Source of the DNA: Paragordius varius
Lineage: Eukaryota > Animalia > Nematomorpha
Reading direction: 5' to 3'
DNA length: 64,000 bases
NCBI GenBank assembly: GCA_964247055.1
Contig: OZ176058.1
Coordinates: 4,526,001-4,590,000 of the forward strand
Below are positions 1 to 13,300 of the stretch, piece by piece; within the stretch, counting starts at the first letter, position 1, and each line of letters opens with the position of its first letter. The notes under the pieces were generated by a model that saw nothing but the letters and a program-made list of their open reading frames with translations, was not told the origin of the DNA and searched no databases. A program made the translations under genes and the position numbers.

Positions 1-2011
1 ATTTATTAATTAAACATTAATAAATACTTTTTTATAAGTTTTTCTTTTGTTTATACTTAATATATTTGAAATTATAGATTTTGGTTTAATTTTGAAAATG
101 ATTTTTAGCACAAAATATGCGTTGAGGGAAAATTGATATAAATTTCTTTAATTCGTATGCCTTAAAACTAAAAACATCATTAGGATAAATGCTTTAAGAC
201 TATAATAGTATATTTTTCGCAAATATTAATAAAAAAATGAAATTTATTAAAAATTAGTTTTAATTAAATTCAAAATTTTAATAAAACTCAAAGTTTAAAT
301 CTATTTATATGTATAAAACTATCGTCTCACAGTTACTTGGCCTTACTTGTTTTTTCGCTATATCAATATTAAATTTTTTAAAATTTCATATTAATTAACA
401 CCCTAATATATTAATAAATCCCGAAAATAAATTTTAATAATACGGACGAAACGTAAAAATATAGAAATAAATATTTTTTCTAAAAATTAAATTTATAAAT
501 TATAAAGTATTGTTTAAAATAAAAAGTATCAAATAGCGAATATTTTATATTTGTAAATCAATTCTATATTTTAAAAATTGTAATGAAATAGCTTATATAA
601 GAAAAATTAAGGTTTAAAAAAGTATGGTTGTCTTTTTTTGAAAAAAAATTTGTCGATATATTTTTACGTTTTGTCCGTATAATTTCATTTTTTATTATAT
701 TATATTTTACACCTCCTATCCATTTTTCGTTAAAAATTCAAGATTTAAAAAAAATATTTTTTTTAAAAAATATTTGTCCTTATATTTTTATGTTTAATTT
801 TAAATTTTACTGTATTAAATAACTGTCGGATTAATTGTCCAACTGAAATTTATATTATAAAATTTTATTTTAAAGTGTCAATTTAAGCGCATGATTGTTT
901 TTAGAGTAAAAACTGAAATTATACGGAAACCTCAAAATATAAAGACAATTTTTTTTTTCTAAAACACTACCATACTTTTTAAAACTTCATTCAAAAAGAT
1001 AACTACTTGTTTTAAATTGCAAAGTATAAAATTGATATGTATATTGGTCACACAATCAATTATATATTTTACAATTGGAATTATATGAGAAAAATTAGGC
1101 TTGATAAAAGTATGGTTGTCTTTTAGAAAAAAATTTGTCTTATATTTTTACTTTTTGAATTTTAGTTTTTACTGTAATAATATATTTTTTGCAAAATATA
1201 ATAAAAAGATTTGAAATTTATATCAAAATTATTTTAATTAAATTCAAAATTTAATGTAATTACTCAAAGTTTAATTCTATTTATATGTATAAAACTATCA
1301 CCTCAAAGTTACTTGGCATTTCTTGTTTTTTCGCTACTTATCAATATGCTTAAATGTTTTTAAATGTCCTTATTAATGGACACCTAAATCCCAAAAATAA
1401 AAATTTAAATTATACGGACAAAACGTAAAAATATAAAGATAAAAATATGTTTCCTAAACAATTTTGATTTTTATATTATAAATCATTGTTTAAAATAAAA
1501 AGTGTTAAATAATATTTTTAGTAAATTAATTTTATATTTTACAAATTGTAATGAAATAGCTTATATAAGAAAAATTAGGAATTAAAAAGTATGGTTGTAT
1601 TTTATAAAATATTTATATTTATATTTTTATGTTTAATTTTTAATTTTATTGTATTAAATTTTACATGTCTCATCACCTTTAGGTTAGAAATCCAAGATTT
1701 AAAAAAAAATTCTAAAAAAATTTCGTCCGTATATTTTTACGTTTAATTTTAAATTTTACTGTATTTAATAACTGTCGGAATATTTGCACAACTAAAATTA
1801 GTATTTTATTATATTACATTTTAATTATAAGTGTCAATTCAAGCGCACAAATGTTTAAACGTGGAAAAATATGATTTTGACATGTAAAATATTACTCTTT
1901 TAATAGTATATAAAAATTAATATAATTTTATCAGCAAATAAAATAAATTTATTTAATGACTTTTATATCTAAATTTAATTTAATTAAAATTATTTTCCAG
2001 TAGATATTATA

Positions 2012-5000
2012 TTAACTTATAATTCCCAAAGATTTCATTACATCCATTCTCTAGAATAAAAAATATAAAAATAATTTTAATATTATATATAAACATTTAA
2101 TATTAACAATAATTAAAGAAAAAAAACCTCCGTTTTACAGAACTGGAAGAAATCAGCCTTTGAAATTGCCAATTGGTTTTTAGTATTCATTTTCTGATAA
2201 ATAATATACAGTAAAAATTGAAATTATACGTACAAAACGTAAAAATATAAAGACAAATATTTATATAGAAACCATACTTTTATTACCCTTAATTTTTCTC
2301 ATATAAGCTATTTAGTTAATAATTGTGTAAAATATAAAATGGATTGTGTTTGTAATATATGGCTCTATTTCAAACATTGCCATTTAAAAGAATAAGTTAA
2401 TAAAAAAAGTATATTTATCTTTTAAAAAAAAATATTTGTGTTTATATTTTCACTTGTGTCCGTATAATTGCAATTTTTACTGTAATAAAAATAAGTATAA
2501 ACTTTGTAATTTTATATGAGATTATCGAATAAAAACTAAAGTCGAATGTGAAATTTAAATCAAAAAGTACAGTAAAATTTGATATTATACGGACAAAGAT
2601 TTTTTCAAACGCTAATTCTCCATATATTTTGAAAATTTAAATTAGATATAATTGATTGTTTTACAGTTAAAATGAAAATTATACGGACAAAACGTAAAAT
2701 TATAACGATAAATATTTTTTTTTATCAAAATACAATTATACTTATTACATCCTTATTTTATCCTTTGGACTATAAAACAATTATGATTATTTTAAAAATT
2801 AAGATTTAAAAATATGATTATTTATCTTTTTGAAAAAAAATATTTGTCTTTATAATTTCACGTTTTGTCCTTCAATTTTAAATTTATATAATCGCCGTTT
2901 CGCAAGTTAATAAGTTTTTTTAAAAAAATAAAATTTAAAATAATATATCGTTATATGTGTAAGGAAAAAATATATTTTTTTAATGTACTCTATGTATAAT
3001 TCTAAATTTTACTCTATTCTCCATAAAAGTAAAATATCGAAATAGATATATTAAAATCTTTTTATGCAATTGAAAAAGATGTAGAATGGTCATTATAAAA
3101 ATTTTTCAAATCCTTCTATTAATTTTTAAAAGGGCATTAAAATCGCCTAAAGAATAAGAATTATTAAATATTAATGTTTTTAAATATATTTTAATATTTT
3201 TTGAGAGTGATAGATATTCATATAAAAAATTTACAGTAAAATTGAAATTATAGACGGAAAAAAATTAAAAATATAAAGACAAAGTTTTTTTTATAAAAAG
3301 CCAACTCTTGTTGTTTTGAACTTTAATTTATCAGACGAAAATTATTTAAATAGTGTAAAATACGCAAATATTTTGTGACCAATTAACAACTCTATATCAT
3401 TCTTTAAAAAATATACTATAATTAAAAATTTGCATTTATAATATGGTTGCCTTTTTAAAGATAAATATTTATAATTTCAAAATATATTTAAAATATCTTA
3501 CACTAAAAATATGGCAAACATGATTAGTTATCTTTTCAATGACAGGTGGATTCATAATTTTGTTTTGAAGATAAAAAATTGCTAAACTGACTTCCAACAT
3601 TTCTTCAGGACTTATGAAACCATCTCGATTTATATCATAAAGGCGAAAAATCCAATCAACATCTATCGTGTCGATTATACTTTTATCTTTACCTGATTAA
3701 AAGTTTTTTTTATAATTATAAAATAATATATATATATATATATATATATAGTATATTTTGAAAAAATATTCCTACCTTAAATAGCAAGGGGTCTAAATTT
3801 TTTCGTCACTGCAAGTGAGTTTTTTCAGTAAGGAATTAAATTTTAATGCAACAAGAGGCAAAAATACAGTAAAAACTTAAATTATACGGACAGAACGTAA
3901 AAATATAAACACAAATATTTATATTAAAAAGACAATTATACTATTTTTCCCATATGTTAAATATATCATTGATTGTGTTAGTAATATATATCTTTATTTC
4001 AGACTTTGCCATTTAAAACAATCAGTATATAGAAATACATCAAGCTAAGGGTAGGTTTCCTTTGAAAAAATATTTGTGTTTATATTTTTACGTTCTGTCC
4101 GTATAATTTAAATTTTTACTATAAATGTTTTATAGAGGAATTATGGTTTAAAAACGATGGTTATTTTCGTAAAAAAATATTTGTCTTTATATTTTTACGT
4201 TTTGTCCACAGTATAATTTCAATTTTATATTTTTTATAAAATATTAATAAATATACTATCGTTTGAAAGCTGAGGTGTATTCCCTTCTTCAAGTGAATTA
4301 TTAAGTATATTAGCATTGTCTTTGGGGTTTTTTGGTTTTAAGAGAGATATGAAACTTATATATTTCTATGAAAAAAATAAAAATTTGAATTGAAAGAAAC
4401 AAAGTATGGTTAAAGGTTTTTGCATTACAAATCAAGCATTAAATCTTAAATCTTTTTTAGGGGGAGTTTTAGCTCGAGCTAATTTCTTTTTATAGGCCTT
4501 CTACTTACAGTAAGATTTGAAGTAATACTATGGACAAAACGTAAAAATATTAAGACAAATAATTTTTTCTAAAAGACAAGCCTACTTTTAACCTTAGTAT
4601 TACATAAAACAACTTCATTACACTCTTAATTGATATAATTGAGTGAATGAACAATTTACATATCAAATCCGTATTTTGTTACCCAAAACAAAAGCAATCT
4701 TAAAATAAATTGATTTGAAAAAATATGGTTGGTTGTGTTTTGTAAAAAAATATTTGTCTTTTTATCTTTTCGTTTTGTCCATAGTAAAATTTCAATTTTT
4801 ATTGTATATATATTAATACAAGAAAAACATTAATACCTACATTTTTTTATCGAAGAAGTTTTTTTGTATAAAATAGCTAAAATTTTATTGTATTATGGTT
4901 GTATCGTTTTTTCCAATTTTTATAATATATTAAATTAATAACTAAAGAACCACAAAACAATTTACTCAGCTAAGACCCTATTTGCCCGAAATATTATAAT

Positions 5001-7395
5001 ATTTGAAACATGTTATAAATAAGAAAACGAAATAAAAAACAAGATTGATAAAAACATTAAATAAATTATATTAGCATAGGACGACTCTTATAAAAGAGAT
5101 ACTTTTCTACCAATCTCTGATAAAATAATTATACAAAATACATTAAAAACATAATTTTGGCACACAAATATTATAGTAAAAATTGAAAACATATAGACAA
5201 ATATTTGTTTCTAAAAAGACAACCATATTTTTTAAATCTAGATTTATATTAATATAACTCATTGTTTTAAATGGCAAAGTGAATAGAGTTTTATAATACT
5301 AAGCTTATATGTGAACTATTAAGGTCTAAAAAAGTATGGTTGTCTTTTAGAGAAAATATGTCTTTATATTTTTACGTTTTGTCCGTATAATTTCAATTTT
5401 TACTGTATGTTTTTTATATAATATTTTGAAGAATTAAAAAAACTGCTAAATATTTATATACTTGAAAAGTTATATATCCCTTGTTTTCCATATCGATACT
5501 TGAGAAAATAAGGTTTGCATAATATTCTGACCCTATTTATATAAACATTCATTATATTATAATAAAGAGCCATTTTATTTGTTAAAAAGAAATATAAATT
5601 GGAGAAACATAGATATTGTAAAAAAATTTTTATATTCCTAAAATATATTAAAGCAAGCAAGAAATAAAATTCATATTTTTTATAAATTTCATTACATTTT
5701 TAGGCTATTTACCAATAAATTTGAAAAAACCAATAATATATCAACCTTAAATTACAAATTTTAATGTTATACTTCCATCACTAAATAAATTGGCAAAAAG
5801 AGTTCGAAAGCCTTCATGATCTATGATTCCACGCGGAAAATTCTAGAAAAATAAAAAATATAAAAATATCTTAAATCTATATCCAGTAAAAATTAAAATT
5901 AAACCAAAACGTGACATATAAATATTTTTTAAGAAGGAGAGAATATAATAATTAAATTACACAGACAAAACGTAAAAACGAAAAAACAAATTGCAAGCAG
6001 ACAACTATATTTTTTGTAATGTTTATTTTTTTCTTATCGTTTTATGTTGCAAAATAAGTAAGAAATATGAATAGTTTTCACACTCCATTATATACATGAA
6101 TATTATTTTTTACAGTAAAAATGTCAAAACGTAAAATTATAAAGTTAAATATTTTTTTAACCATATTTTTAAATCTGGATTTTTTACATATAAATGATTG
6201 TTTAAAACTGCAAAATATTAAATAGGAATATTTGGTAGCACAATCAATTAAGTAGTTTACGATTGTAATTAAATATTTTATATAGCCAAAATTAAGGTTT
6301 TAAAAAGTATGGTTGTCTTTAAAAAAATATTTGTCTTTATATTATTCAATATAATTTCAGTTTTTACACTATATACGGTTTATGTAAGAAAAAAAAATAA
6401 GATTAAAAAACTATGGTTGTTTTTAGAAAAAATATTTGTCTTTTTATTTTTACGTTTAGTCTTTATAGTCTTAATTTTAATATAAGTAATAATTTTAATA
6501 TTTTTGAATTCTAGTAAAATTTATTAAATTGAACTATATCCAAAATTTTTGATACATGGAAGTCAATAGATAAACAAAAAACAAAAGAAATAATAATGAT
6601 AAAGTATAATCAAAACAAAATTGAAAAAAAATTTCCATATATTGATAATATAGCTCAATTTAAAATTTTTACTAGGATTCATATTATTACTTTAACATAA
6701 AATATTCGTTTTCATTGACAAAATTAAAATTTTAATATTTACTTGTTTAAATTTTTGATATAATTGTTTAATTTCACGGCGCGAAAAATTAATTTTTGTT
6801 TGTAAAACTTCGATTGGCTCAGGTTTCCTGGAATATTGAGTCAATAAATTTGTATCTTCTTCCTTATCTAAAAAATATTTTTTTAAAAATTAATTTAAAA
6901 ATTGAGATATATAATTGGCATATTTTTATTTAATTTTTATATTTGAATAAAATTTTTTTAATATATATTGATAGTAAACTTTTACAATAAAAATATCAAA
7001 TACAGTAAAATTGAAATTGTACGTACAAAAAGGATAATATAAAGACAAATATCTTTTTCAAAAAGATAACCATAATTTTTTAACTTGATTTTTTTCAAAT
7101 ATAATTCATTGTTTAAAACTACAAAATATAATATAGAAATGTAAATTGGTAACACATTCAATTATGTATTTTACGATTAGTAATAAATGTTTTTTATAGA
7201 ATAATTCAAGGTTTAAAAAAGGATGGTTGTCATTTAGATATTTTTACGTTTTGTCCGTATAAAATAATATAAAATTTTTATCTAACCTTGTTTTAGAGAA
7301 TCTGGCCAGGTACAAAAATTATTTTTTTTGTTAAAATCAAACTTTTCCGAATATATTTTCTGAGTCCCGTAAGAATATATGGAAGCAAAACTCAT
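2012..7395 (-). CDS. KChIP/neuronal calcium sensor-like EF-hand protein, 8 exons, about 259 aa
   Basis: Not in the ORF track; assembled by hand. Exons 7287-7395, 6743-6867, 5773-5842, 5462-5532, 4257-4365, 3502-3692, 2128-2193, 2012-2050, all GT-AG with consistent phases (780 nt). Peptide includes KPEPIEVLQTKINFSRREIKQLYQKFKQNFPRGIIDHEGF, WIFRLYDINRDGFISPEEMLEV and KMNTKNQLAISKADFFQFC, colinear with KChIP/NCS motifs (TNFTKRELQVLYRGFK..PSG; WAFNLYDINKDGYITKEEM). First and last exons are less certain. Confidence 0.8.
3867..4121. mobile_element. Tc1/mariner-type MITE family A, representative intact copy (about 255 bp)
   Basis: TA-flanked; long near-perfect terminal inverted repeats CAGTAAAAA(C/T)TTAAATTATACGGACAGAACGTAAAAATATAAACACAAATATTT; no coding capacity. 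Confidence 0.8.
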
Positions 7396-7513
7396 ATATT
7401 TTTATGCAAAAATAATTATATTTAACAAAGAATTTTGAATTTGGAAATGTGTATTTTTTAAATTTGTAAATTTTTTAATAACCAATTATTTTTAATGAAT
7501 TAGTTCTCTTTTA

Positions 7514-7517
<4 letters not shown>

Positions 7518-7557
<40 letters not shown>
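7518..7557. repeat. (TA)n microsatellite (others near 3722, 14268, 23777, 24466, 24769, 25643, 57243; (TG)n near 8785)
   Basis: Directly visible dinucleotide runs. Confidence 0.95.
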
Positions 7558-7562
<5 letters not shown>

Positions 7563-10367
7563 TATAGAGACAAGGCATAAAAAGTAAAAAAGGCTGATAT
7601 GATTTATTGAAATATAACCTATTGTTTTGGGTTTGAAACAAAATAAATAAAGAAACGAAAATTGTTAAAGGACTCTATAACTACAGTAAATTGAAATATA
7701 ATGGAAAAACTAAAAGACAAATTATTTAAAAAAACACGCAAATATACAGTAAAAATTGAAATTAAAATGGTGAAAAACGTAAAAATATAAAGTTTTTTTA
7801 AAAGATAAACCAGACTATTAAAAACTTTAATTTATTCTATTAAAATAATTCAATCATAAAATTGTAATTCATTGTGTAACCAAATACATATCATACTTTA
7901 TAATTTAAAACATTGAGTTATATTTTTAAATTAAGTTCAAAAAGTATGCTGGTTGTCTTTTGAAAAAAACATTTGTCTATATATTTTTACGTTTTGTCCT
8001 CCGTAAATTTTAATTATTAATGTGATAAAAATATATGGTTTTATAATGATTTTGATTGTTTTTGATATTTTTAATTCCATATCTCATCAAATAATTTTTT
8101 TTTAATATAAAATTTTGATAAATTTTAAACCTTAAGGTATATAATTTAAAATTTGAATAAAAAATAAACCTTTACTAAATAGCGTATTGGATGTTTTTCT
8201 ATGGAAACTTTCAACATATCTTGTAATAACGTGTGACATAATTTTTTGAAAATATTAAAATGTAAATAAATAAAAAATATTTTTATAAATAAAAAATTAG
8301 TTATTAATTTTAAAAAATTTCAAGGCTTGCTTTGCTTCCTCTGACATTTGTTGTTAAACAACATATTATTAAAAAAAAGATCAATTAATTTTTGTATAAA
8401 TATATAATTTACAATAAAAATTACATTTTTAATTTGATTTTGAGCACAATAAATTGCTTTCGTATATCTATATTTTATGATTTTTTTTAATTTAAAATCA
8501 TACGATTTATCAGTGTCATAATTTAATATGGTAAGGCATTTTTTAATATGTAAAACAAAATTCAGATATATTTTTAAAATCTTGTTTTATAAATGTAAAA
8601 GATTTCTGAAAAAATGAAATAATAAATATATTATTAATTAAAATGGTAAATGTATAATCCAGGCTGGTTCCACCGCAAGAGATTTTAAATATTCGAATGC
8701 TACGTAAAATTTTCTTAAACAATTTTCTGCAATTTAATTCCCATTTTTTAAAATATTTTCTTCAAATCAAAGGACTGAAGTGAATGTGTGTGTGTGTGTG
8801 TGTGGTATCCAAATTTTAAATTTTGTTGAAATATAATTTTCAGCTTGAAAAGATTTATTTTTTAATCCTTTTTAAATGTTTGATTTTTTTATAAATAATA
8901 GGATATAGTTATATAGAAATGCATACTTTGCAAAATATTTTGTTTAAGTTCAGTTTTGGCATTTTTTAGTTGGTATAAAAAGCATATGCTAAAAAAAGAT
9001 TTTTATAATATCGATGCTGTTGAAAAAACTTTTATGACTTAAAATTTAATTTAAAGACCCCTTTTTTTAATATAATGTATTAATAAACGCAAAAACCTAT
9101 CATATTTAAAGATAAAAAAATTTATTAACGAGTTAACAATATAACACCTGAAATTTACCCTAAAATAAATTATGTGTTTTCATATACAGTAAAAACTGAA
9201 ATTATACGGATTAAACGTAAAACTATAAAGACAAATATTTTTTTCAAAGTCAATCATACTTTTTTAAACCTTTATTTTTGCCACATAAAATATTACAATC
9301 GTAAATTACATAATAGAATATTATGCTATTAATATGGATTTTTATTTTGTATTTTGCAGTTTATAACAATTAGTTATATTTAATTTACAAATTAAGATTC
9401 AAAAAAGTCTCTCAGGAAAAAAAATATTTGTATTTATATTTTTACATTGTGTCTGTATAATTTCAATTTTCACATATTAATTATCCATATTTTTCATGTT
9501 TTTGAGAAATGTTTATTGAGCATAATACTGAAAAATAATCAACTATGCTGCTAAGAAATATTTCATATTAATGATGAGTTATATTAGTGTTCGAAAACAC
9601 ATTTTATTTTTAGAGTGAAATTGAAAATGTATTTAAGGGCGAATTTAAGTTTTGTAAATGGTTTTTATTAAATTATGGACTAAATATATTTGTTTATAGT
9701 TTTTAGTCTTTGCAATTACAATTTTAACTGCAATTTAAATAATAAAACGGTATAATAAATATTTTATTACAATATAAAATATAAAAACATACATGTGAAA
9801 AAATGGTTGCGTAAATTGAACACTAAATCATACTATGAAATTAATAAATTATAACATTTTAAAGCCTGACAAAAATTTTTTTATATAATTTTATTGCAAA
9901 TCATGTCGTAAGCATATATTTAATGTATATACAAGAGGTTTAATGTACTGATTTGGTTTTATTTTGATATTCAACTTTTAAGTTTACATGTTAGTTATTT
10001 CAACATTTCAGTTTTATAAATAATTGTATGCGAAACATTTAACATTAAAATTTAAACTATTATACAGATATTAAAATCATTTAAAAGACAGCCATTCTTT
10101 TTAACCTATAAAGAAATATAAATTGGTAAGGGCATAATTATTCATTAGTTTATTTAAAAATATACCAAAGTAGTTAAAAAAGTATGGTTGCCTTTTTGCA
10201 AAAAATATTTGCCTCAATTTTTACTTTATTTACAGTTTATATGAAGAGATTTTATCACACATTTTCTGGCTGTTACTGTGGTTTGGTTATTGCTCAAAAA
10301 ACTCAATAACGTACCGAAAAACTTTTATTCAATTCAACAAAATCTGCATGTAGTTTTAGGGTCCCTC

Positions 10368-13300
10368 TTAAATTTTTTGAGCAAATAGTAAGTTTTGAAG
10401 TCTGTCCCGAAGTTCACGTAAATTCGTTTCAACAATGTGAACATCCTCAATCTTATCTGTGCTAACAATCAATTGTTTGAGTGTTCGATTAAGTTGATCA
10501 ATTTGTTCATTAAGTGCTTGAATTTCCTCGATATTTGAATAATCACCGGTTTCAATGTTATCAGGAGAGGTAATATTGGGTATTCGACTACTATTTTCGC
10601 ATTTTGAAACGGTATATAATTTTGCTGTAAAACTATCATCTTTTTTCCTAAGGACCTCAGCATTTTCTTGGGTATTAGAACAGGTTTCATGCACATCATC
10701 ATTGAGTGGAAAAGGGTTTTTAGATTCGCCATTCTTAATCTGAGATTGTTTAGGTGTACTTTTTTGTTGATTACGATCGTTTGATTTAGAAATCTTGTTA
10801 GAAATCGCCGTTGTATTTGAATTTGGTGATATATATTGATGATCTGTAAAAGAATTACTGTTTTCATTTGAAGGGGGCGTAGATACGTTTGGTTTTACTG
10901 TAATATCTGTCCCTCCTTTTAAAGTAGAAATATCATTATGTAGTGTTGATGAATCCGTATTTTTACTGTTTTTTAGATTCAATTCGTGTTTTTTCAAATT
11001 CGTTTTATACATATTTGCATTATTATCATAGAATTTTTCAGAAGAGTAGTCAATCGATTGAGGCAAGGTGTTGTTGATATCAGCTGATACAAACGTTAGA
11101 GTCCCTGGACGAGGGGGCGCATTTAGCGAGCCAATAAAATTTTCGCGCAAAAATTTGGTAGCCATTAACCGGATGCATTTAATCAGCTGGACATATGTTT
11201 TGACCGGAAGTGAACTGGTAACAGCTGGGCTCGTAGGGTCCTTCAATGAAACATGAATGATTTCAGATAATAGGCGACTAAAAAGGAATAAAATTTATAA
11301 AAAAATAGAAATTAAAAATTTAAAAATTATATTATTTTAACTTTATAAAATTTAAATTTTTATACTGTAAAACTAAAAACTTGACCAAAATAGTATGTGG
11401 AATTAATATGTAATATAGTTAAATTAGGGTTTTATAAAATGTATTTATCTTTTATAATTATATAAATTATGTCATTATATATAATTAAATTTTTATACTG
11501 TATGTAATTAAAATTATATATACATATTTAAAACTAAAACAATTGAAATATTTGGATATTTTAATTAAAATATTTAAAAATATATTTAAAATAATTCTAT
11601 TTAAAATATTTTTATAATTTAATATAAAATTATTTTAAACTTAAAATAATTTAAATTATCATTTTAATGATTTACTAATATTGTTATTAAAATTTATATA
11701 TTTAATATAATTAAATTATTCTAGAATAAAAATAATTAAAATATTTATTAAATTTTTACCTGTATTTATCAATGCGTTCGCCTGCTAATAAAATATTTTT
11801 GTACATTTCAAGCGTTTGTTCATAATATTCAAATGGTTTCTGACAAGTTCTGTTTAAATAAAAATATTTTGAATTAAAAAAAATCAAAAAAAATAATATA
11901 AATATATAAGAAATTGAGAAAAAATTTATAAAAGAAATATATTTTTATAAAAATTTTAATTTATTAAAAATATATATAATATAAATACAAATAATAAAAT
12001 CAGTTTATATAAAATTAAAAAAAAATTAAAATATATTTTTATTAATAAAAATTTAAGAAAAATATATAATTTAATATATTTTAAAAAAAATTGGTTAAAA
12101 ATTTAAATGTTAAAAAAACTATATAAATTTCTTAAAATATTTTTTTTAAAAATCTAAATATATAAATTAATATTTGTTTAAATAATTAAAAGAAAAAATT
12201 TCATAAAAAAATATTTTTTTAAAATATTAATTAATATGAATTTAAATATGAGATATTTTTGTAAAAAATTTTAAAATTTTTTATATAAAATTAAAAAAAT
12301 CAGTTTAAATTTATAATTTTAAAATAAAATAATTTTTTAGGAAAATATATTTTAAAATAAATTGTTTAAAAAAAAATAATAATATTATAAGTTTAAATTT
12401 ATAAAATATTTTAATAAATTTTAAAATTATAATATTACAAATTTAAAAAATCTTTATATAAATAAATAAAAAAATTTAATTTAAAATAAATTGTTTAAAA
12501 AATAAAAAAATAACAATACAAATTTAAAAAATCTTTATATAAATTAATAAAAAAATTTATTTTAAAAATAATTTTTTAGAAAAATAAAATATTTGATAAA
12601 TTTAAAATAAAAAAAAATAATTTTTACTTCAAAGTATGCAATCTGGCATTATAGGAGGGAATTTTTTGTTTTGCTTCTTTAATGGAACCAATTAATTTCT
12701 ATAAAATAAAATAATTTAATTTTTTATTAAAAAAAAATAAATTAATTTTTTATAAAAAAAAATAATTAAAATAAATTTTTTTAAAAAAAATATTTAATTT
12801 ATTTAATTAATTAATAAAAATTTGGAAATAAATATTAATTTTTTTATTAAAATAATTTAATTTTTTTAATATAAAAATATATATGAAAATTAAATTATTT
12901 TTTTATAAAAATAATAAGTATTTTTTTTAATAAAAATAAATTAATAATAAAACTTTAAACTAATAATTTATTTAATAAAAATAATTTAATTTTTTTAAAA
13001 AATAAAATTTATAAATATAAAAAAAATAAATTTAACGAAAAAATAATAGATGAAATGTTTATAAAAATAAATTAATATTTTCGAAAAAAATTATTCTTTA
13101 ATAAATAAAAAAAATATTCATGAAAAAAATTGATAATTTAATTTTATACAAATAAGTTAAAAATTTAATTTATAATTATAAATTAATAAAATAATTTTTT
13201 ACAAAATATATAATAAAATAATTATATTAATTAATAATTTAATTTTTTATTAAAAAATACTTAATTTATTTAATAAAAAATTTATTTTTAATATAAAAAT

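Larger units (their letters stand above)
420..9470. mobile_element. Dense cluster of family A MITE copies and fragments (approx. 420-830, 1400-1765, 2208-2485, 2567-2880, 3233-3460, 4520-4805, 5170-5406, 6110-6370, 7001-7260, 7745-8010, 9185-9470)
   Basis: Recurrent TACAGTAAAAATTGAAATTATACGGACAAAACGTAAAAATATAAAGACAAAT and its reverse complement, with internal AAAAAGTATGGTTGTCTTTT/AAAAGACAACCATACTTTT inverted motifs. Boundaries approximate. Confidence 0.75.

Noticed and set aside
5075-5117. GC-richer patch with an acceptor-like TTTTATCAG in KChIP intron 4
   Set aside because: Hits a stop or breaks phase; exons 4 and 5 join directly to give a good EF2 alignment.
5454-5660. 68-aa ORF in the track
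   Set aside because: Wrong frame; the real 71-nt exon (5462-5532) is in another frame.
8300-8350. ATG TCA GAG GAA GCA.. as a possible upstream exon
   Set aside because: Stops after 16 codons with no usable donor.
8655-8790. Short open frame (..FYVAFEYLKSLAVEPAW..) as a possible transposase relic
   Set aside because: Too short to assign without a profile search.
10469-11256. Overlapping ORFs 10469-10867, 10555-10743 and 11068-11256
   Set aside because: Alternative-frame or antisense shadows of the rabenosyn last exon.
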